A DNA stretch of 64,000 nt from Chiloscyllium plagiosum (GCF_004010195.1 NC_057749.1:13576543-13640542); one strand, 5' to 3'. Counted from the first letter of the stretch, positions 10,945 to 24,770 are shown. The notes: generated by a model not told the origin, from the sequence alone. Made by a program: numbers and translations.

Positions 10945-12800
10945 AGAGTAATGGAGCCATAGGGATATACAGCACGGAAACAGATCCTTCAACTTGTCCA
11001 TGCTGACCAGATATCTTAAATTAATCTAATCCCATTTGCCAGCACTTGGTCCATATCCCTCTTAACCCCTCCTATTCGCATATCCATCTAAATGCCTTTT
11101 AAATTTTGTAATTGTACTAGCCTTCACCACTTCCTCTGGCAGCTCATTCCATACATGCATCACCCTCTAGTGAAAAGTTATCCCTCAGGTCTTTTTAAAT
11201 ATTTCCCCTCTCATCTGAAACTTATGTTCTTTAGTTTTGGAGTCTTGGAGTCTGCCCCCCCCGGAAAAAAGACCTTTGCTATTCAACCTTGCCAATTACT
11301 GCCCATCAGACTACCTTTGGTCATCAGTAAAGTGATAGAAAGTGTCATCAACAGTGCTATCAAGCAGCACCTGCTCACTAATGACAAGTTTGGCTTCCAC
11401 CAGCGCCACTCAACTCCTGATCTCATTGCACAATTGGTTCAAACATGGACAAAAGCATTGAATTTTACAGTTGAGGGGAGAGTAGCAGCACATAATATCA
11501 AAGCTACATACAGGATTGTCTAACTGGCAGAAGGCAGAGAATGGGGATAAAGGGGTCTTTTTCAAGATGGCAGCGTGTGACTAGTGGAGTTCTGAAGTGG
11601 TCAATGTTGGGACTATGATTATTCACATTATGAATTCAGAATCTGGACGCAGGAACTAAGGTATTGTTGCTAAGTTTGTGGATGACACAAAGACAGGTGG
11701 AGCGACAGGTAATGTTGAGGAAGCAGATAAGCTGCAGATGGACTTGGACAGGCTAGAAGAGTGGGCAAAAAAATTACATGGAGTATAATGTGGGAAGTAG
11801 ATAGGATAGTGAAGAAGGCGTTTGGTATGCTTTCCTTTATTGGTTAGAGTATTGAGTACAGGAGTTGGGAGGTCATGTTGCGTCTGTACAGGACATTGGT
11901 TAGGCCACTTTTGGAATATTGCATGCAATTCTAGTCTCCTTCCTATTGAAAGGATGTTGTGAAACTTGAAAGGGTTCAGAAAAGATTAACAAGGATGTTG
12001 CCAGGGTTGGAGGACTTGAGCTGTGTGGTGGGGGGGGGTGGTGGAATAGGCTAGGGTTGTTTTTCGTGGACCGTCAGAGGCTGAAGGGTGACCTTACAGA
12101 GGCTTATAAAATCATGAGGGGTATGGAAAGGTTAAATAGACAAAGTCTTTTTCCTGGGGTGAGGGAGTCCAGAACTAGAGGGCATAGGTTTAGGGTGAGA
12201 AGGGCAAGATATAAAAGAAACCTAAAGGACCACTTTTTCACTCAGAGGGTGGTGCGTGTGTGGAATGCGCTGCCAGAGGAAGTGGTGGAGGCTAGTACAA
12301 TTGCAATATTTAAAAGGCATCTGGATGGGTATATGAATAGGAAGGGTTTGGAGGGAAATGGGCTGGGTGCTGGCAGATGGGACTAGATTGGGTTGGGATA
12401 TCTGGTCAGCATGGACGAGTTGGACCGAAGGGTCTGTTTCCGTGCTGTACATGTCTATGAGTATGACTATGACTATTCATCCTACCCATGCCCCTCACGA
12501 TTTTATAAACCTCTATAAGGTCACCCCTCAGCCTCCAACACTCCAGGAAAACAGCCCCGGATAATTCAACGTCTCCCTATAGCTCAAACCCTCCTGGCAA
12601 TATACTTGTAAATCTTTTCTGAATCCTTTCAAGTTTAACACCATCCTTCCTATAGGAGGGAGACCAGAATTGCAAGCAATATTCCAAAAGTGGTCTAAGC
12701 AATGTCCTGTACAGCAGCAACATGGCCTCCCAACTCCTATACTATTGCTCTGACTAATAAAGGAAGGCATATCAAACGCCTTCTTTACTATCCTATCAAC
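10945..12800. mobile_element. Cluster of CR1-type LINE fragments in both orientations
   Basis: Minus 3' end about 10945-11280; RT remnant SKVIESVINSAIKQHLL..KFGF (11280-11520); plus-strand RT/3' end about 11520-12470 (KFVDDTK, FFTQRVVRVWNALP); minus fragment about 12480-12800. Confidence 0.85.
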
Positions 12801-14744
12801 ATTGTTCAGCTTCAACATGTCTTCGGGAATTTAAGAGTATAAGTTATTGCTGCAAAAAAAGACATTCTGTCAAAGCATTTCATCTTGTATTCATCAGGAC
12901 TGGAGGCAAGAATAGCAAAGTTCAAAGGAAACAACAGTTTTTTACTCAATGGAAAAATGTGGCTGACTGAAGTCTTGATTGATCAGATCTGGATGTGCAT
13001 TATGGACTTGGACTTAAATAAAATTGAAATTCTTTCAAATTGACATTATAGACATCTCGTACAAAACAGCATTGCCTGGTCCATGGAGACATTGACCAGT
13101 ATCAACTACAGGTCAGTAGAAGACCATTCAGCATATCAAGTCCATGCTGGCTCCCAGCAGAGGATTACAGTCAGACCCTTCCTCCCTCTCTATGTTGATA
13201 GCCCTGTATTTTCATTTCCCTCAAGTGGTCAATTAATTGCATTTTGAAAAGATTGATCATCTCTACTTCCAGCTCCCTTGTGGCCAGTGAGTTCCAAGTT
13301 ATTAGTACTCTTTTGCATAAAATGTTCTTCCTTGTATTGTGATCACTTGCCCTAAATCTTAAAACTGTATTGCGAGTCCTTGCAACATTAGCTAATAGAA
13401 ATGGTTCTTCCTTGTCCACCCTCACCTAACTCCTAGAGGACGCTTCTATAAAATTTCCCCTTAATCTCCCTTGTTCCAAGAACAACAATAATTGCTTCAC
13501 CAATTCAAAACCACATGGACTTTTCCTCATTCGGGAAGATATGAAATAAACTCTTCTACATCATGCATTTATTCTTCCAGCTACAATCAACAGGCTTTGA
13601 CAGTACTTACTTGTTCCAACCTAGACACAGCTTTCTGATTTATTTCATCTGCTATCACTATTTTCAACTCTGGTGATGTTCTGCATAGCCTGGAGGTTTT
13701 CAATATAAGAATTTTTTTTAAAATGCCTTGCTCATTTTTGTTCTAAAACTTAGCCTTTGCTCATCAACCTCACTCTGAAAAACAAAACCAGATCTTACTA
13801 AATGTCATCTAATAGGAGAAGCAATCAATCATTTTGCTCCCAAATGATGATTTCTTTTGATGTGTTTCACTCTCAAAATAAACAAAGCCTCATATGTTGA
13901 AATGGATTTGCAAATTGTGACACTACAACTGATCATAAATGTCACTCGTAACATTTTTTTCCCTAATGCTGACACCTCTGAAAGAACACAGCTCCATATG
14001 TCTAAATTACTTCAGGGTCTCTTCTCCCTCTTTTTGATCATAAATCTTATGTTCCTGACATTGACAGTACTACATCTACCAACTTTCATACCGAGATCAT
14101 AGATACTCACATTAGAGTTTACTGATATCCAAGAACCTTCATATTTATCAGATTTCTGTCAATCTGCAGCTGGGAATCATGTGTATTAGGAGCACAGGGT
14201 TTGGGAGAATTCTGCCATTCATACTCTGCAATCATTCATTTGTTAACACGTCATCACTATGGTTGTGGCATAGTTTAAAAATCATTGCACCCATATGTGT
14301 AAGTAACACAATATTTCATTTAAAAAAAAGTGATGTGATCCATGTCATGTTGGCATGGATCAGCTCAAACTCCTCTTGATTTGGTGATGGTTAGCCACTG
14401 TCAGGATCATTGTTGTCCATTTGGTGTAGAAACAGCCACAGTGCTATTAGGGAGAGAGTTCCAAGATCTTGATCCAGCAACTGTGAAGGAATTGTGATAC
14501 GTTTTCAATTAAAGTAATGTAGAATTTGGAGGGGACCTTGCAAGTGGTGGTGCTCTCATGTATCTGCTGCCCTTGTCCTTCTAAATGGCAGAGGTTGGGG
14601 GTTTATAAACATGCTGTCAAATAAATCTTGGTGATTTTGGGGGTCCTGTGTCTACATCTGTCTGAACTGTGTAGCTATTTTTGTGTGTTGTACTTTCTTC
14701 AGTACCACAGCAGGTTTATGGAGTATGTCAGGTGTTATAGCATA

Positions 14745-14900
14745 GACAAGCAGGAGGCTGGAAGGACACAGCAAGCCAGGCAACATTAAGAGGTGGAGAA
14801 ATCAACATCTTAGGTCTAACCCTTCACCTCCTGATGCCGCCTGGCTTGCTGTGTTCTTCCAGACTCCTGCTTATCTTCCATGGATTCGAGCATCTGCAGG
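14745..14900. mobile_element. Diverged fold-back PLE-terminus element
   Basis: Inverted arms GCAGGAGGCTGGAAGGACACAGCAAGCCAGGC / GCCTGGCTTGCTGTGTTCTTCCAGACTCCTGC followed by an AGCATCTGCAG tail, the same architecture as the family A termini. Confidence 0.55.
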
Positions 14901-15854
14901 GTTTTTTTTTGTCTGTCAGTAGTTACTGTGTCCCAGACAGTATATTAGAAGGACGAAACATAAAGCTTGAAAATCATTAGCGTGGACCCCAGAAATGCTT
15001 TTTCAAAAAAAAGAGCAGTTTTAGAAAATATTATCATATTCCTTTTTGCCTTATTAAACATTTAATTTAACCAGTGCCATTTAGTGGCAGTGAATAAAAA
15101 TCAACCCATGTAAATGATAATAAAACTGGACAGATATCTTTTAAAAATGGCCCTAGACATTGCATAGTTTCTCTTATTAAAATCAATAGCATTGTGACAG
15201 TAACTTCATTCTCCAAGTTGATGTTTTCAAACTGTAATTTAGTGTGGAGCTTGGCTTAAACTGCACTTTTCTCAGGATTCCCCAAATCTCCTTGTGATTC
15301 CCTCTGAACAAGTGCAGGTATAACTGAGGCATACTTCTTGGGATGTTTTGTTATAGGTGATTCATAATCAGAACTATCACAGGTCAGCAGCATGGTGGCT
15401 ATCCTCAATTCACATATTTTTCTACTGGGCACAAATCTCTATAATGGGTCTGCATATAACTGGAACTCACACCATAGGGCAGTGAGATAGTGGAACCTGG
15501 AGAGCAAGATTTGCTTATTTTTCTTTCCTTCTGTGCCATTGCTCTCCTTGGTCATTAACACTTTGGGACTCAAAGGATGATCCAGCTCTGAAGGATGACT
15601 CACCATACTTGTGAAAAATTGACACCAAGCTCCTCCCAATTATTTTGTCATTACTGTCTTGCTCCAAAGAGAGCTTCAGCATGTGGAATTGTAGCAATAA
15701 GTAATTCAATCATGAATTTCTGTTTGTAGTACCTTTAAGATTGATACAAAATTGTTGTTAGTTTCAATGTGATCTCTCTACAATTGTCACGATATTGCTA
15801 TTAGAATCGAGGTTTCAAAGGGAGCTTAGTCCTTGTGAAGTCTATCAAAACCTA

Positions 15855-16486
15855 TGTATGGAGCAGACCAAACCCTCTCAAAATTTATGACGAAGATAGC
15901 GTAGATCCTAACTTAATTTTAAAGATATAGGTGTAAGGCGTTGCATTCTGGATGCAATTTGATTGGTCAAATTACCAGTCTTAAAGCAAAACACACTTTA
16001 GTCATACACTGTTGCTAAAATACAACAAAAGCAAGAAGAAATTGCAATAACACCTCTATTGGAAAACTTTACAGAATAGTAGGTTAGCTGCTAAACAGTT
16101 GCCGTTCCAACATAGTGACATCCTATAAACACACCTTGACAAAGGCAAATTCAGAAAAATGGATTGCCTCACCTGCAATTCTCCAGTCCAGGAGGCAAAC
16201 AAAAAAAATCAAGGGAAAACTCTGAGAGAGAGAGTAGCAGGGAGATAGTACTACAGCTTCCAAACCCAACAACAACTGCTACTGAAAAATTAAAACTAGA
16301 AATCTTGGTTCTGTGGGAGCTAGATCCCACACATTTGAGCTGCTTCTATTGTTCTAAACTTTAAAAAAAAACCCAAGGCCTCACACACTGTTTACCTTAT
16401 TGGCTCTGAGTAGACCAATCCACACCTCTGTCTCAACCCTCATAAAGAGGTCAAAATAAGCTTTGTAAAGCCATAGTATAGTCACA
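15855..16486. mobile_element. Possible solo LTR
   Basis: A ~630-bp compositionally distinct block bounded by TGT...ACA. No clean TSD seen. Confidence 0.3.
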
Positions 16487-17282
16487 CGAAGAATTGAAAA
16501 AAATATTCTGAACCCACTACAAATTTGATTCCTCTGTACCCGTTCCCTGTTCCAAATTCAGTATTTTTATTCTGTTTCCATTTCAAAGTCTCACAGAAAC
16601 CGTAAACTTCTAGTTAAATGCTGACAATTGGCTGGTGTAAGAGGGAGTTTGGATAAAGGATCTGTAATTCTTTATACAAAGGATAATCCACGCTTAAAGT
16701 GGCGTCTTCCAGCAGAACACCTGTAGTGAAAGACATGTCATTAAAACGTGGGCATTGACGTGACCAATAGGAAGCCTTAACATTAAGAGTGTCTGTTGGA
16801 GTGTGGGCTAAGGTTTTGGACTGGGCTTCAATCAAGGACAAAGGGAATAAAACGACTGGAGATGGCTCCATATTAAAACAACATGTCAGCCTTGGATCAG
16901 TGGGTAATTCCTGCTCGAATGAGCCATTGTTCGATAAAATTCTCAGCAAGCACTTTGGGATGTTTTAGTTTGTTGACATACGAAGGAACAAACGTGTGAA
17001 TGAGGAGCGGGAATAGATCACAGAGAACCGCCCGTCAATCGGATCAAGAACAGAAATGGATAGAGAAACTCAGTAGGTCAGGCAGCATCGGTGCAGAGAA
17101 AGCAGGTTAACCTTTCAACTCCAGTGACCCTTCTTGAGAACTGAGTAAATTGTATTGACACAACCTGTGAAATTGAAACAGAAATGGCAGCTGGGAGGGA
17201 ACAGTGACCTGAGAAATGGCAGAATCTTTCTCGTTGCAATTATTTTGATTAATTTGCAATTCTCTGCCAGAAATCCATTGTG

Positions 17283-17410
17283 CAGATGAAGGGCTTTTGC
17301 CCGAAACGTCGATTTCGAAGCTCCTTGGATGCTGCCTGAACTGCTGTGCTCTTCCAGCACCACCAATCCAGAATCTGGTTTCCAGCATCTGCAGTCATTG
17401 TTTTTACCTT
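17283..17410 (+). mobile_element. PLE terminus (family A) with mutated hammerhead core
   Basis: CAGATGA-A-GGGC TTTT GCCC-GAAACGTC followed by GATGCTGCCTGAACTGCTGTGCTCTTCCAGCACCAC...CAGCATCTGCAG. Confidence 0.75.
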
Positions 17411-18371
17411 TTTAGAACGTTAAGGCGTCGAACGGGATTTCACACACCTCACAGATCTCTCTCTCTCTCCCGCAGACTGAATTCAGTGTCTTGCTCAGAG
17501 GTTGTAGGTGCGAAATGAGTGTCGGTCTGGTAGCTGAAAGGGTTAAAAACGGGTGTCGCTTACCATCAAAAACAGCCCAATATTATCGCTAACGTCGCTT
17601 CTCCCTCCCAAACTACAAACAAGAGAATTGTTTTACATCGAATCTTGTGGGAGTCAGAGACGGCCCATTGAAAATGGATACAAGAACAGAAATTGCTGCA
17701 GAAACTCAGCAGCGTTAGCAGCAAAGTCAACGATTTCGATTCCAACCCGTTCAGATTCGGCCAGACCTGCTGGGTTTCTCCAGCAATTTATCTCTCTGTT
17801 TCAGAGTTCCAGCAGCCGCAGTTCTTTGATTTATTTCAATTAGCCCTAGGTCCGTTTTGCTATGTTTCTTCTGTACTTATCCCCCCCCCCCCCCCCAGCA
17901 CGGGGGAATTGTTTCAACTTCCGTGGACCCTAGATGAACTCGTTTCTAAAATAAATGCCAAATGTGAAACCTGAAACGTGGAAACTTGATATCAATTGGT
18001 GGAGATTGGAGGTAACCTCGGTGTAGCCAAATGGTCCATTTAATCTCAAGTGGAAAACATAGTTTACACATCAAATAGCCCGCTCGAACCGAGTGTGACC
18101 TATTCCCGGAGACACGTGCACCAGATTTTGTAAACAATCTGCCTCGTTCAACCTCATTTTGTGGGATATTCATAAAAAGCACTTGAAGGAAATCTCTAGA
18201 TTTCAACCGGAAACCGACAATAACCCGAAATGAGTTTCCTACAAGCCTGTAATAACCAAGTAGACGTGAACGAGAGCAAAAGTGAGGACTGCAGATGCTG
18301 GAAACCAGAGTTTAGATTAGAGTGGTGCTGGAAAAGCACAGCAGGTCAGGCAGCATCCGAGGAGCTGGAAA

Positions 18372-18404
18372 ATCGACGTTTCGGGCAAAAGCCCTTCATC
18401 AGGA
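18372..18404 (-). ncRNA. Minimal hammerhead-ribozyme motif (PLE family A)
   Basis: Minus strand TC-CTGATGA-A-GGGC-TTTT-GCCC-GAAA-CGTC-GA. Catalytic core intact, palindromic ACGT helix III, GUC triplet. Confidence 0.65.
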
Positions 18405-18629
18405 AGGAGTGCAGCATTCCAGAGGGAAGGTTTTCCCGTAGCGACTTATTGTGAAAGCTGAGACAGAAACAATGAATCAATGCTATTGAATTTGCATGAA
18501 ACTTTGGCCAAATTACTGGAAGGTGCCTGTAGTTCGGAACACCGGATTCGCAGTTACCCGGGCGCAAAGTTTTAATCTTTACTCCTGAGGAATTCACACA
18601 CTCTCCGATAGGTGACCCCTTCAGGTGGT

Positions 18630-19045
18630 TATAGAGTCATAGAGATATACAGCACGGAAACTGATCCTTCGGTCCAACTCGCCCATGCCTCTCACATATT
18701 CTAGTGGAGAGTGTGGTGCTGGAAAAGCACAGCAGGTCAGGCAGCATCCGAGGAGCAGGAGAATGGACGTTTCGAAACGTCGATTTTCCTGCTCCTCGGA
18801 TGCTGCTTGACCTGCTGTGCTTTTCCAGCACCACACTGGACTCTGATGTCCAGCATCTACAGTCCTCACTTTCGCCCAGATATTCTAACCTAATCTGATC
18901 CCATTTGCCAGCACTTGGCCCATATCCTTCTAAACCCTTCCTATTCGTATACCCATCCAGATGCCTTTTTAATTGTACCAGCCTCCACCATTTCCTCCGG
19001 CAGCTCATTCCATACACGCACCACCCTCTGCAAAGTTGCCCCTTC
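18630..19045. mobile_element. CR1 3' end (minus) interrupted by a fold-back family A PLE element (about 18704-18877)
   Basis: Arms 18710-18773 and 18774-18837 meet at GACGTTTC|GAAACGTC. ATATTCTA is repeated on either side as a probable TSD. Confidence 0.8.
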
Positions 19046-19444
19046 GGGTTAGAATCGTGGATACTCAGAACATTCCCCTTGTCCCTGTCACGTTATGAGG
19101 TTCGTGCTATCAAGGAACAGCCTTAAATGTATCACGGAGCGTGGTAATATTTGAGTTGGTTGTTATCGTTTAAAAAGTTAGTATATCGGCTACCTTAATT
19201 GATATCGGCGTTTGTTTTTCTTTCTATGATTTGATTTTTCTTCAGGCTGGTGGGTACTTTACAACATTAATTAGATCCGGAAAATCCTCTGGACCAGGTT
19301 TATGACAGTCGGTTCGGAATGAACCAGTTTATTCTTGTTTTATTTAGTTCCAGATCCGTTTTCGGGGCTCTCCCGGGAGCCCACGTGGTGGAGTAGGCGG
19401 TATCTGTCCTGTCAATATAACAAACTTATAAAATTGATAAAACT

Positions 19445-19785
19445 GAGAATGGATAGGTTGAATAGTCATTTTCCCCCCTCAGTGAGTCCAAAATCAGAGG
19501 AGCATAGGTTTAGGGTGAGAGGGAAAAGATATAAAAGAGACCTAAGGGGCAACTTTTTCACAGAGAGGGTGGTGTGTGTATGGAATGAGCTGCCAGATGA
19601 AGTGGTGGAGGCTGATACAATTGCAACATTTAAAAGGCATATGGATGGATATATGAATAGGAGGGGTTTAGATGGATATGGACCAAGTGCTGGCAAATGG
19701 GACTAGATTAATTTAGGATTTCTGGTCGGCATGGATGAGTTGGACCGAAGGGTCTGTTTCCGTGCTGTATGACTCTATGACTCTG
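19445..19785 (+). mobile_element. CR1-type LINE 3' end
   Basis: HRFRVRGKRYKRDLRGNFFTERVVCVWNELP...FKRHMDGYM; (TATGACTC)n tail. Confidence 0.85.
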
Positions 19786-20074
19786 TCCGCCTCTGAAGCT
19801 GGCTGTAACAAGGGGCATAATCACAAGTGAAAACTACAATTTGATGCATCCTTATGGAGGGTAACGATGTATCCCAACTCCCGAGGTGTCCAGCTGTCAA
19901 GGAACCCCTGTTGGATTCCGCATGCTCTCCCTATCTCTCTCACTCTCTGTTTCTCTCTCATCTCGGTCAATCTCTCTCGCTCACTTGGTTTTTCTCCCTC
20001 TCTCACACAATATGTCTCTCTCTGGTAACTGCTCTGCCCAGGACGATAAGAAACTATTCAGAGAGTAGTGAATA

Positions 20075-20440
20075 CAACCCATCACACCAGCCAACCTTCC
20101 ATCCATTGACTCTATCTATATTTCTGGCTGCCCCCTGAACGCATCCAATATCATCAAAGACCCGTTATAATCTCTTCCACCTTTTTCAGTCAGGCAGAAG
20201 ATACAAAAGCCTAAACACGTGCATCAACAGGTTCAAGAACCGCTGTTATCAGACTTCTAAATGGACCCCTTAAATGCAATGTTGATCTCGCTCTTCCTGC
20301 CCCTACTCCGCAGCCGTCCCGTTATATTCCCCGCTCTGTTATATTTCCCGAATGCACTCTCTATGGTGTGTACTACACAAGCAAAACAAAACTTGTCACT
20401 GTACCGAGATACACGTGACAATAATAAGTCAAATCAATAA
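20075..20440 (+). mobile_element. Non-LTR retroelement 3' end (Rex1/Babar-like)
   Basis: Decayed SGRRYKSL...NRFKN...VIRLLN C-terminal motif (TCAGGCAGAAGATACAAAAGCCTA...AGGTTCAAGAAC...GTTATCAGACTTCTAAAT) ending in a CAAAT-type tail. Confidence 0.55.
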
Positions 20441-22363
20441 AGTAATGACTCTCGTTAGAAGAGGCATGATGGGGCGAACGGCCTCGCCCCACTCTTCCCT
20501 GATTCTTGCAGCAGGATAAACGATGAGCTGAATTCAGAAATTGGATGGTGGGTGGCCGCTATATTTGGGATTCTAAAATTGCAACAAGACGGGGAGTTAG
20601 AGCGGCATTCAAGCAAACGAGTGAAGTTGGTCCGAGTGGGATATTCCGAAAGAAGGGCCTCACTGGAAATATAGAGAAAGGACAAATAGCGCTGGCAAAA
20701 CTCAGCAGGTCGGACAGCGCCTGAGATGCGGAAATCATCCACAGGTCAAAAATGTTGGCAGATCTGCCTTGTTTCTCTCGCAACGGATGCCTCCGGGTTT
20801 GCTAAGCGTTCCCAGCTTTCTGTTTTGTTTGTAAGTTACGATGTGTTCCGGTTGGAGAAAGTGTGGATGCAGATGCTGGGGATCAGAGATGAAGAGTGTG
20901 GCGCTGGAAAAGCACAGCCGGTCAGGCAGCATCTGCTCAGTTCACTCATGCGTTCAATCACAACCTGCTCGGGTCTGTTTGCTACCGACCGGACCCCAAA
21001 TCCCAAAGACACTGCCCGGTAAAGTTCCGGCTGCTGCTCACGTCTGTTTAACAGCTCACGACATGATTGGCGATGTCTCTCACACCCGCTGGGCAAGGGC
21101 TGTTGTGGTAGTGTCCCTACCTCTGGGCCAGAAGACTCGGTTTTAAGTCCCACCTGTTCCAGGGGGGAGTCACAACAATTCTGACCAGCTTGTTCAAAAA
21201 AAATCTACATAATGTGGGCCTAACTTTTGAGGACCAGAGTCCAGAATAACTCCGTTGTTTCGTGGACTTCCTCGGTTTGCTAACATTCCTGCTGGATAGG
21301 AATCCAACTTCATCCACTAACTCCCCTCCTGCATCCTACAATCCCAACAATCTCTCCCAGTCCGCCAGCAAATTCAATTTCAGTTCATCGAGAAAGCGGT
21401 TTCCCCAGTCCCTGTGTCTAGTAATAGTTTATTTACTCCATAGATGTAAATAGCTGTCTTTCCTCTCTGCTCTGTTAACATGAGAAATTACATGAAAATA
21501 AGGACAGAATTGGGTGTGCAGGCAAACGTTCGTTTGATTAAATCTCTTTTGCAAAAGTGTTTAGTCGCCACGAGGGAAGTTCAAAGCCAAAATACTTCGG
21601 CTGCTGAAATATAAAGGCAAGGTGCTGGAGAAACTCAGTAGGTCTGGTTGCATCTGTGGACAAAGAAACAATTAACGTTTCGAGTCCAGGTATGACTCTT
21701 CTTCCGAAAATCCACATTATTTTGCTTTAATAATTGCACCATCTGGTACTGGATTTCTCCAGGATTTTCAGTTTTGCTTAGTAACTTTCTTTCTCCATCA
21801 GATTCGTGGCCCCGAATCAAACAATATTTTATTAAGATGGAGCACATTTACATTAATCTCCTTCCCAATTCACTGGGCGGTATTTTGAACGTAAGCCCTA
21901 AGAAATAACAACTCCGAGTCTCCCAATTTCCCCGGAAATGTATGTGAATAAGTTTACCGGGCAAAATAACCTGCAGCTAAACCGAAAATTAATTACGATA
22001 AGCAAATCCGATCTGCAGGGCCATTTTAACTTACAAACAATGCTGGAAATCACAAGCAGCATCCAGACGCTATCTTGATCTCTCCCCACGGATGCTGCCT
22101 GACCCGCTGTGATATCCAACATTTTGTTGTTTTCAGTACAGATTCCAGCATTTTCATACATTCTAACTTTCATATTGTGCGGTTGAGTTGTCAGAAATCA
22201 TGTGAAAGCATATGGGTCAAATGCTGGGAAGTGGGACTGGGTCAGAATGGTAGGCGCGAACGAGTAGGACCAAAGGGTGCTCTACAACTGTGTGACTCTA
22301 CGACCCGTTCTTAACACAGGTGCCTTGGCAAGGGTTGGATTTGCTTGCTTTTATTTTTGACTC

Positions 22364-22377
22364 CCACCAGAGGGCGC
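22364..22377 (+). promoter_or_regulatory. CTCF-type motif (plus orientation)
   Basis: CCACCAGAGGGCGC, a near-perfect CTCF core in unique sequence 2.4 kb upstream of the Isl2 ATG. Confidence 0.65.
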
Positions 22378-24454
22378 GCAAGCACGGCTGACCGTAGCAG
22401 CTTCTGCTGTGCTCTGTCCCCTCTGCAGAGACTGAAGACAGCAGCTCCAAGCTAAATAAAAACGCCGGGCTATCTTTGTTGAACTGGTGTAAATTTCACT
22501 GGCTGCTATTAACAAGGCAGACCACGTTATAGATTTGTTTAACTATAGTTAAAAGGAGCATTGTAATCTCGATTTGCCAGCGATCACATTATCCCTCTTT
22601 ATAGTCCCTCTCGCCGCCCACCCCCCACCAAACCCAGGCAGAAATTGATGCGTGGAAACGATTAAAAATTCAAACCCTATTAAGACTATTTTTTTGGCAA
22701 ATGTATTCAAACTGCAAGTGCCTTCATTTCAGCTCACCGCACAAAGCTTTTTGCCTATCTTTACCCGGTAAATATTTTATAAGAGTCGCAGGACGAACAG
22801 ATTTCAACAGCTTTTAGATCCTAATTAGGCCTCCACTATATCTTTCTCAGGAGACGGTTAAAATGAAGTCACAACTAAAGGATAGTTTTGCAAATATGAA
22901 GGCTAAACAAAAGAAATACCAATAAATATTTACAAGACCCAAATTGTGCAAGAATTATATTTATTTGTCTGCATGTTTAGTTTTGGCAGTACAGATAATT
23001 ACAATGATCTATCTTTCACTGAGCCAAAGTAACTTTAAATAAATACATTCACATACCAGGGATTTGCAATCATACAGCACATTCTCTTCGCTTGTTTTGA
23101 TCAATCGCATTTTTTATATCGATCCTTGTTTTCAGACATGAAGGTTCTTCCAACCATATAAAAATTAAAAGACCTGCATCAAGTATCGAAAAAAGCCATC
23201 GTTAACAAACGTGTGCATATTACAATAATTGTAAAATCTGATTAAAATCGAAGCGAAAAGCCTGCTACCGTTATTTGAATGCTTTCACAATTCACTTCAA
23301 AACTTTCAGACAACCTGAGATTTCTAGCAATTGTTTCAAGAAAGAGTTTGCAAGTCACTTCCACCTCACAATAAAATGCTTCAAATAACAATTTTAAGAA
23401 GTGGTTTATTAGGAGATGGACTCGATTGTTTATGCGTCCGGCAATGGGAAATGCAGAAGTGAGACTCACCAAACGCCGAAACTTTAACGAAAGAACACAA
23501 CAAATATTTAACCAAGAACACACCCCTGTCAACAAGAATAAAACGGTGAAATGGTACAGAGGAGAACAATCAGCCCATCGTGCTTGAGCCGGCCCTTTGA
23601 AAGAGTTAGCCAAATAGTCCCAATCTTCTGCATTTTCATCAGAGCTCTGCCAAAAAAAATTGCCCTCGATTAACTAACTAAATCTCCTTTAACAGTTATT
23701 ATTGAATCGGCTCGCACCATCTTCTTAGTGGATTTCAAATCTCAACAACTCGCTGTTTAATCTTCCTTCTAATTCTTCGATCAATTACCTTAATTTACTG
23801 CCATCTAAATTTACATTTTGTTTTAAGGTTTGGACATATTTGTTTTGTTACCAGTAATTTAATGCACCCTCTAAGCGCGCCTTTCACTTTCTCTCATACA
23901 AGTGACAGTGTTTGTGTGAGACAATTTCAATCAAATATTGCCATTTAAGTATTTCAGTGCAATTCCATATTTGCTCCTGAGTTTACAAAAATATATTTAA
24001 ACACAGTTCGCAAATTAAATGCAACAAATCCCAGGGATTTATACATGTCACAATCGAATAAACTCACATCTGGGCGCTTTTTCCTCAAGTTAAACGGTAA
24101 CAATCACTGAAATTGCCATTATGATGCAAATCACAGCCACCCAACACGAAGATGCGGTTGCAAATACAGTTTAATGGCAGAACTTTTTTTGGGAGAGGGT
24201 GCAATAACCTTTTCTGTATTACTCTGAACACCTACATCTGCAAAGATATTTTTCTTCCCTCCTCTGTGCTGTTGATATTTTTGTTTGGTTAACGCAACGT
24301 CTAATGGCGCGATTTCTTATTTGCCGTCACTGGAATACTGAGCAATTTAGGAAATGCTGCTTGCAAACTATAAAAAGAAGAAATTAAATCCATGCAGTAG
24401 TGTTCCTGCAGCGACACTCTGACCAATGTAACAAACAAAAAGAAATGGTTACAG

Positions 24455-24770
24455 CCGCTTTCCAATCCTCTGATGGAATTGATACTTTTTTTTGCTGGAA
24501 CCAATGAGAGCCCGACGCTCAGCCCAGCCCTTCATTGTTGCGTCGTCCGTCACGTGACTCAGATCCCCCTGCGTCCTGGCGTCACGGGGACGTCGATGGG
24601 AATGGGGAGGGGGAGCGAGGGAATGAGAAAGGGGGAGGGGAATTTCTCAACGTGCAGTCCAACAGTTAACCCCAAATATTTGTTATCAGACATCCCGACA
24701 GCTCGCAGCTGATCTTTCACCGCAGTTTTAACACTTCTGTTGGTAGGGACCGGTTCTTCTCTGGGTCTGC
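24455..24770 (+). promoter_or_regulatory. Isl2 proximal promoter / 5'UTR
   Basis: CpG-rich stretch directly upstream of the ATG. CCAAT at 24462 and 24501; palindromic E-box GTCACGTGAC (24549-24558) overlapping AP-1 TGACTCA (24555-24561); CRE-like half sites; purine-rich G tract. Confidence 0.65.
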
